From contig NC_092680.1 in the NCBI RefSeq assembly GCF_964355755.1, positions 9,796,001 through 9,860,000 of the forward strand: a stretch of 64,000 nucleotides of DNA, in the 5' to 3' direction. Below the pieces are notes generated by a model that saw only the letters and a program-made list of their open reading frames with translations, ran no database searches and was not told the DNA's origin. How positions within the stretch are numbered: position 1 is the first letter of the stretch; every line of letters begins with the position of its first letter. This document shows, piece after piece, positions 61,051 through 64,000 of this stretch. This DNA comes from Antedon mediterranea (Eukaryota > Animalia > Echinodermata). The translations under genes and the position numbers were made by a program.

Positions 61051-63414
61051 ACCACCGGCACACAACAGGGCTACACCACCACACAGAACAGGACAGGGTC
61101 TGGGTGGGAATTAAATCAAAATTATCTCCGCGTAATAAATGATCCATTCAATGTTTGATTTGCGGAGAAGCTAGCCTATCATATCAAGACGAGTTTTCAT
61201 GTTCTTGGGAAAAAATCCCATCAAATGTTTACCAGACTACTAGGCATAGAAAATAATTTCTAGCCTTCAGAAACTTTCATAAATGTACCCAAGTACACAT
61301 TGTCTAAACGTAACATAGCGCATGCGCATCATCTTAGTTGTTGAGTCTTTGAAATTCTGAAATATGAATATTAAAACGGTGTACGAGTGAGTAGCCAATC
61401 ACATGCAGCTGAAACTAGTCAACCGGATAATCGTATGCACCAAGAATTCTTGGTGTCAAACCACGTGACTTGTGCGTGTTTCCCCAGACGGAGTATCCAA
61501 AATCAAGTAGTATATGTATGAAACGCCATATGTGCCAAAATATTTTTCTTTTTACTAATATTAAGACAAAACTCCGTCTGGAACCCAGACTAAAGAGTTG
61601 GTTACTAAACTAGGCCTATACTGTTACTGAATTTATCATGGTACGGTATGTGTGTGCAGAGAGTAGGGGTAGAGATAGCAAAATAGACAGACACCACCAC
61701 AGACTGTAGAACACAGGTTTCTACAACGCTGCTGAAGATGTGTGTGTGTGTGTGTCCTATTAAACACCACCAGATATGATGGTAACAGTGCATTTCGGCC
61801 GCCAATCATTTCGGGCGCCGGTTATGGAACGAACTAAATTCATGAAACTCCAAAAATAACATGGCATTTCGGCCGCTATGTACATTATTACAGTAAAAAA
61901 AATAACTTTACCAAGTCTAACATAGAACTATGGCCATTTAAACCAGAGATCTTGTGCAATGGGCTAAATACAGTTTTTTTTTGCCGTTTGTATTTTTTAA
62001 AGTTATATTATTTTACCATTTGAATATTTTGATCAAAATGAATATTGATTAAATTTTTATTTTTTTTATTTACAGGTCCCGTAGCTGTGTGTGCTTTGTA
62101 AAAATGTGTTTCTTTATGAATCTAATAAAAATAAACCATACAAATAAAAGTGTTTTTGGCTGGAATATAAAAAAACTTCAGCATCACCTCCTTATTAAAA
62201 AAAATGATAGCTTTGCGATATTATAAAGGGAAGTTTCATTTATAATTTCCAAGCAAAATGCCCTAGGATGAGTTTTACAAGGCTCATCAAACATTAGTGC
62301 CTTGGTTTTAATACCTTAGTTGGGGCCTACACACAAATGGTCTTTGAAACCACCGCTAACGTTAACCGTACATATCTGAGGTGATTTTTCTTAGTCATTG
62401 TCGGGCGCATTTCGTCATAATATTAGTGGCGGTTTCATTGCTGTTGGTTGACAACTGAATAAAATAAAAAAATAAATAAAAAAAACAAAGGCGGGCTAAA
62501 AATCCGACGCTATAAACAGGTATTATGCGCTAAACAAGTTTAGTGGTCTTCTTTTAGCACACTTTATATTAAATTTCAATAAACATGCGATGACGTGCGA
62601 TGCATTGTTTATTTGTTTGACGAAATATCAAAGGAAAGGGTTAGATCAATTACGCGGAGATTCTTTTTTCTCTCATTCAAATCAAATAATTATCGGATAA
62701 ATTCGTTAATTTTTAACCTTTGAAATTGTTACAATGTGATTGATATGACTGATCATGCACACTTTAATTGGTTGAAAAATTAACCGATATTTTGTTTTGG
62801 CTGTGGAAACGGCGGCGTAGTCCTCGTGCCATGCACGCGCTGCCGCTAAAACTAACAAATCCGGGATTCCACCTTTTATGAGAATGGTGACGTTTTTTCT
62901 ATATTAAATAAAAGCTATACATTTTAAAGTAAAACTGGTGTAGGGAGATTGTTTTTAATGTATCGAATAGCGGGCAATCCTGCCGGCGAATACGTCTAAC
63001 AGTTGAAGTGTAAGGCTTAATTTAGGCTCTAGAGTGTCTTACCGTAATCCTTCACAACAGGTAGCTGATAAATACACAGTATTTAAAAGAGACACTAGTT
63101 TTTTTAATTTTTTTATTTTAGCTCATAACACAATATTTCCCTTTTTTCAATTGTATTTTTCATTTTTTAAGCACTTGAATTTACATGTATCCCTAAGGTT
63201 ACCGGCGCGGTATATGTTTGACAGTGAGGGTACGTATCGTATAAAAAGATTAGATTGCAATAATAAATAATTATAAAATATCTAAATTAATTTCCGACAA
63301 TTTTCAAAATACTGTAAAGCGAAAACCCCAAAACCACTTTATTTTCAAAAGCACACATACTTCTTGCCACCTGTAAAATAAATTGAGAACAAAAATGTAT
63401 TAGGTTTAATTTAA

Positions 63415-64000
63415 AGACCCCTTCCCTGCAATTTTTGACATTTTTGGAAAATAATACATATATATCACTTTAAAAACATTAAACCATGTCATTCCTTGTC
63501 TTAAATGTACGTTTTATGGTAAATTATGATAAAAAGTGAGAAACAATGCACTACCTAAGTAGCTCGCGGCGACCGACCTCTCGTGGACGGTCTCAGACCT
63601 AGCCTAGCTAGGCTTAGTTTTGTAGGCCTAGCTGGTAAACATCGGTAACGTACGAACATCATACGCTAGCTATATACCTAGCCTGACGTTGTATAGTTGC
63701 TGCATTAATTGTCTTTCTATTTTTGCCAGACTCCGTTTTTAAATACAAATTGGGGAAAAGCCGGTATTTTCGCTGAAAAGTTAGGAGTCTTCCATTCGTT
63801 TGGCCTCACGATCGATCGAAAAGTGGGCGAATTACAGGTGAAAAACAAAAATATCAATCCGCGCGCAATGCATTTTGGGATTTATAGCGGGCCGCTATAA
63901 TTATTAGAATCGACTTATTTTTCACATTTTTAACCGTTTAAAGACGAAAAAAGTTATCGCAATAGGACCATATAGGCCTAGGCCTAGGTAGTATTATTTT
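63415..64000. mobile_element. Possible Kolobok-like non-autonomous element running off the window
   Basis: TTAA|AGACCCC start followed by repeat-like sequence. The other end is not visible. Confidence 0.25.

Noticed and set aside
61000-64000. Divergent gene upstream of FOCAD
   Set aside because: No convincing coding exon; the sequence looks like MITE and repeat fragments.

Overview
AT-rich animal (invertebrate-like) nuclear DNA with two convergent spliceosomal-intron genes. On the + strand are the last nine coding exons of an ALDH1A/ALDH2-family aldehyde dehydrogenase (309-3097). On the - strand is an apparently complete 30-coding-exon focadhesin (FOCAD) gene (60111-3523). Four large FOCAD introns are filled with nested transposable elements. 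Intron 9 holds a BEL/Pao LTR retrotransposon (20879-34232, TSD AAGTG), itself interrupted by a TIR DNA transposon, a 292-bp inverted self-duplication and a full-length Rex1/Babar-like LINE. Intron 3 holds a Ty3/Gypsy element with apparently identical LTRs (46789-51111, TSD GTATT) inside a decayed intron-containing DNA transposon that also carries a hAT > pogo > hAT nest; a Helentron/DINE-like element abuts the exon 3 donor. Intron 4 holds a LINE within a LINE within a Helitron-like repeat. Intron 12 holds inverted Crypton-like repeats and a 75-bp minisatellite. I found no convincing new multi-gene system. The best leads are the hairpin-forming inverted duplication, a candidate non-canonical GG splice donor in FOCAD, probable overlap of the ALDH and FOCAD 3' UTRs, and an ALDH gene carrying both ALDH1A- and ALDH2-type introns. 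All coordinates and identities were read by eye, and comparisons to known proteins are from memory, not searches.
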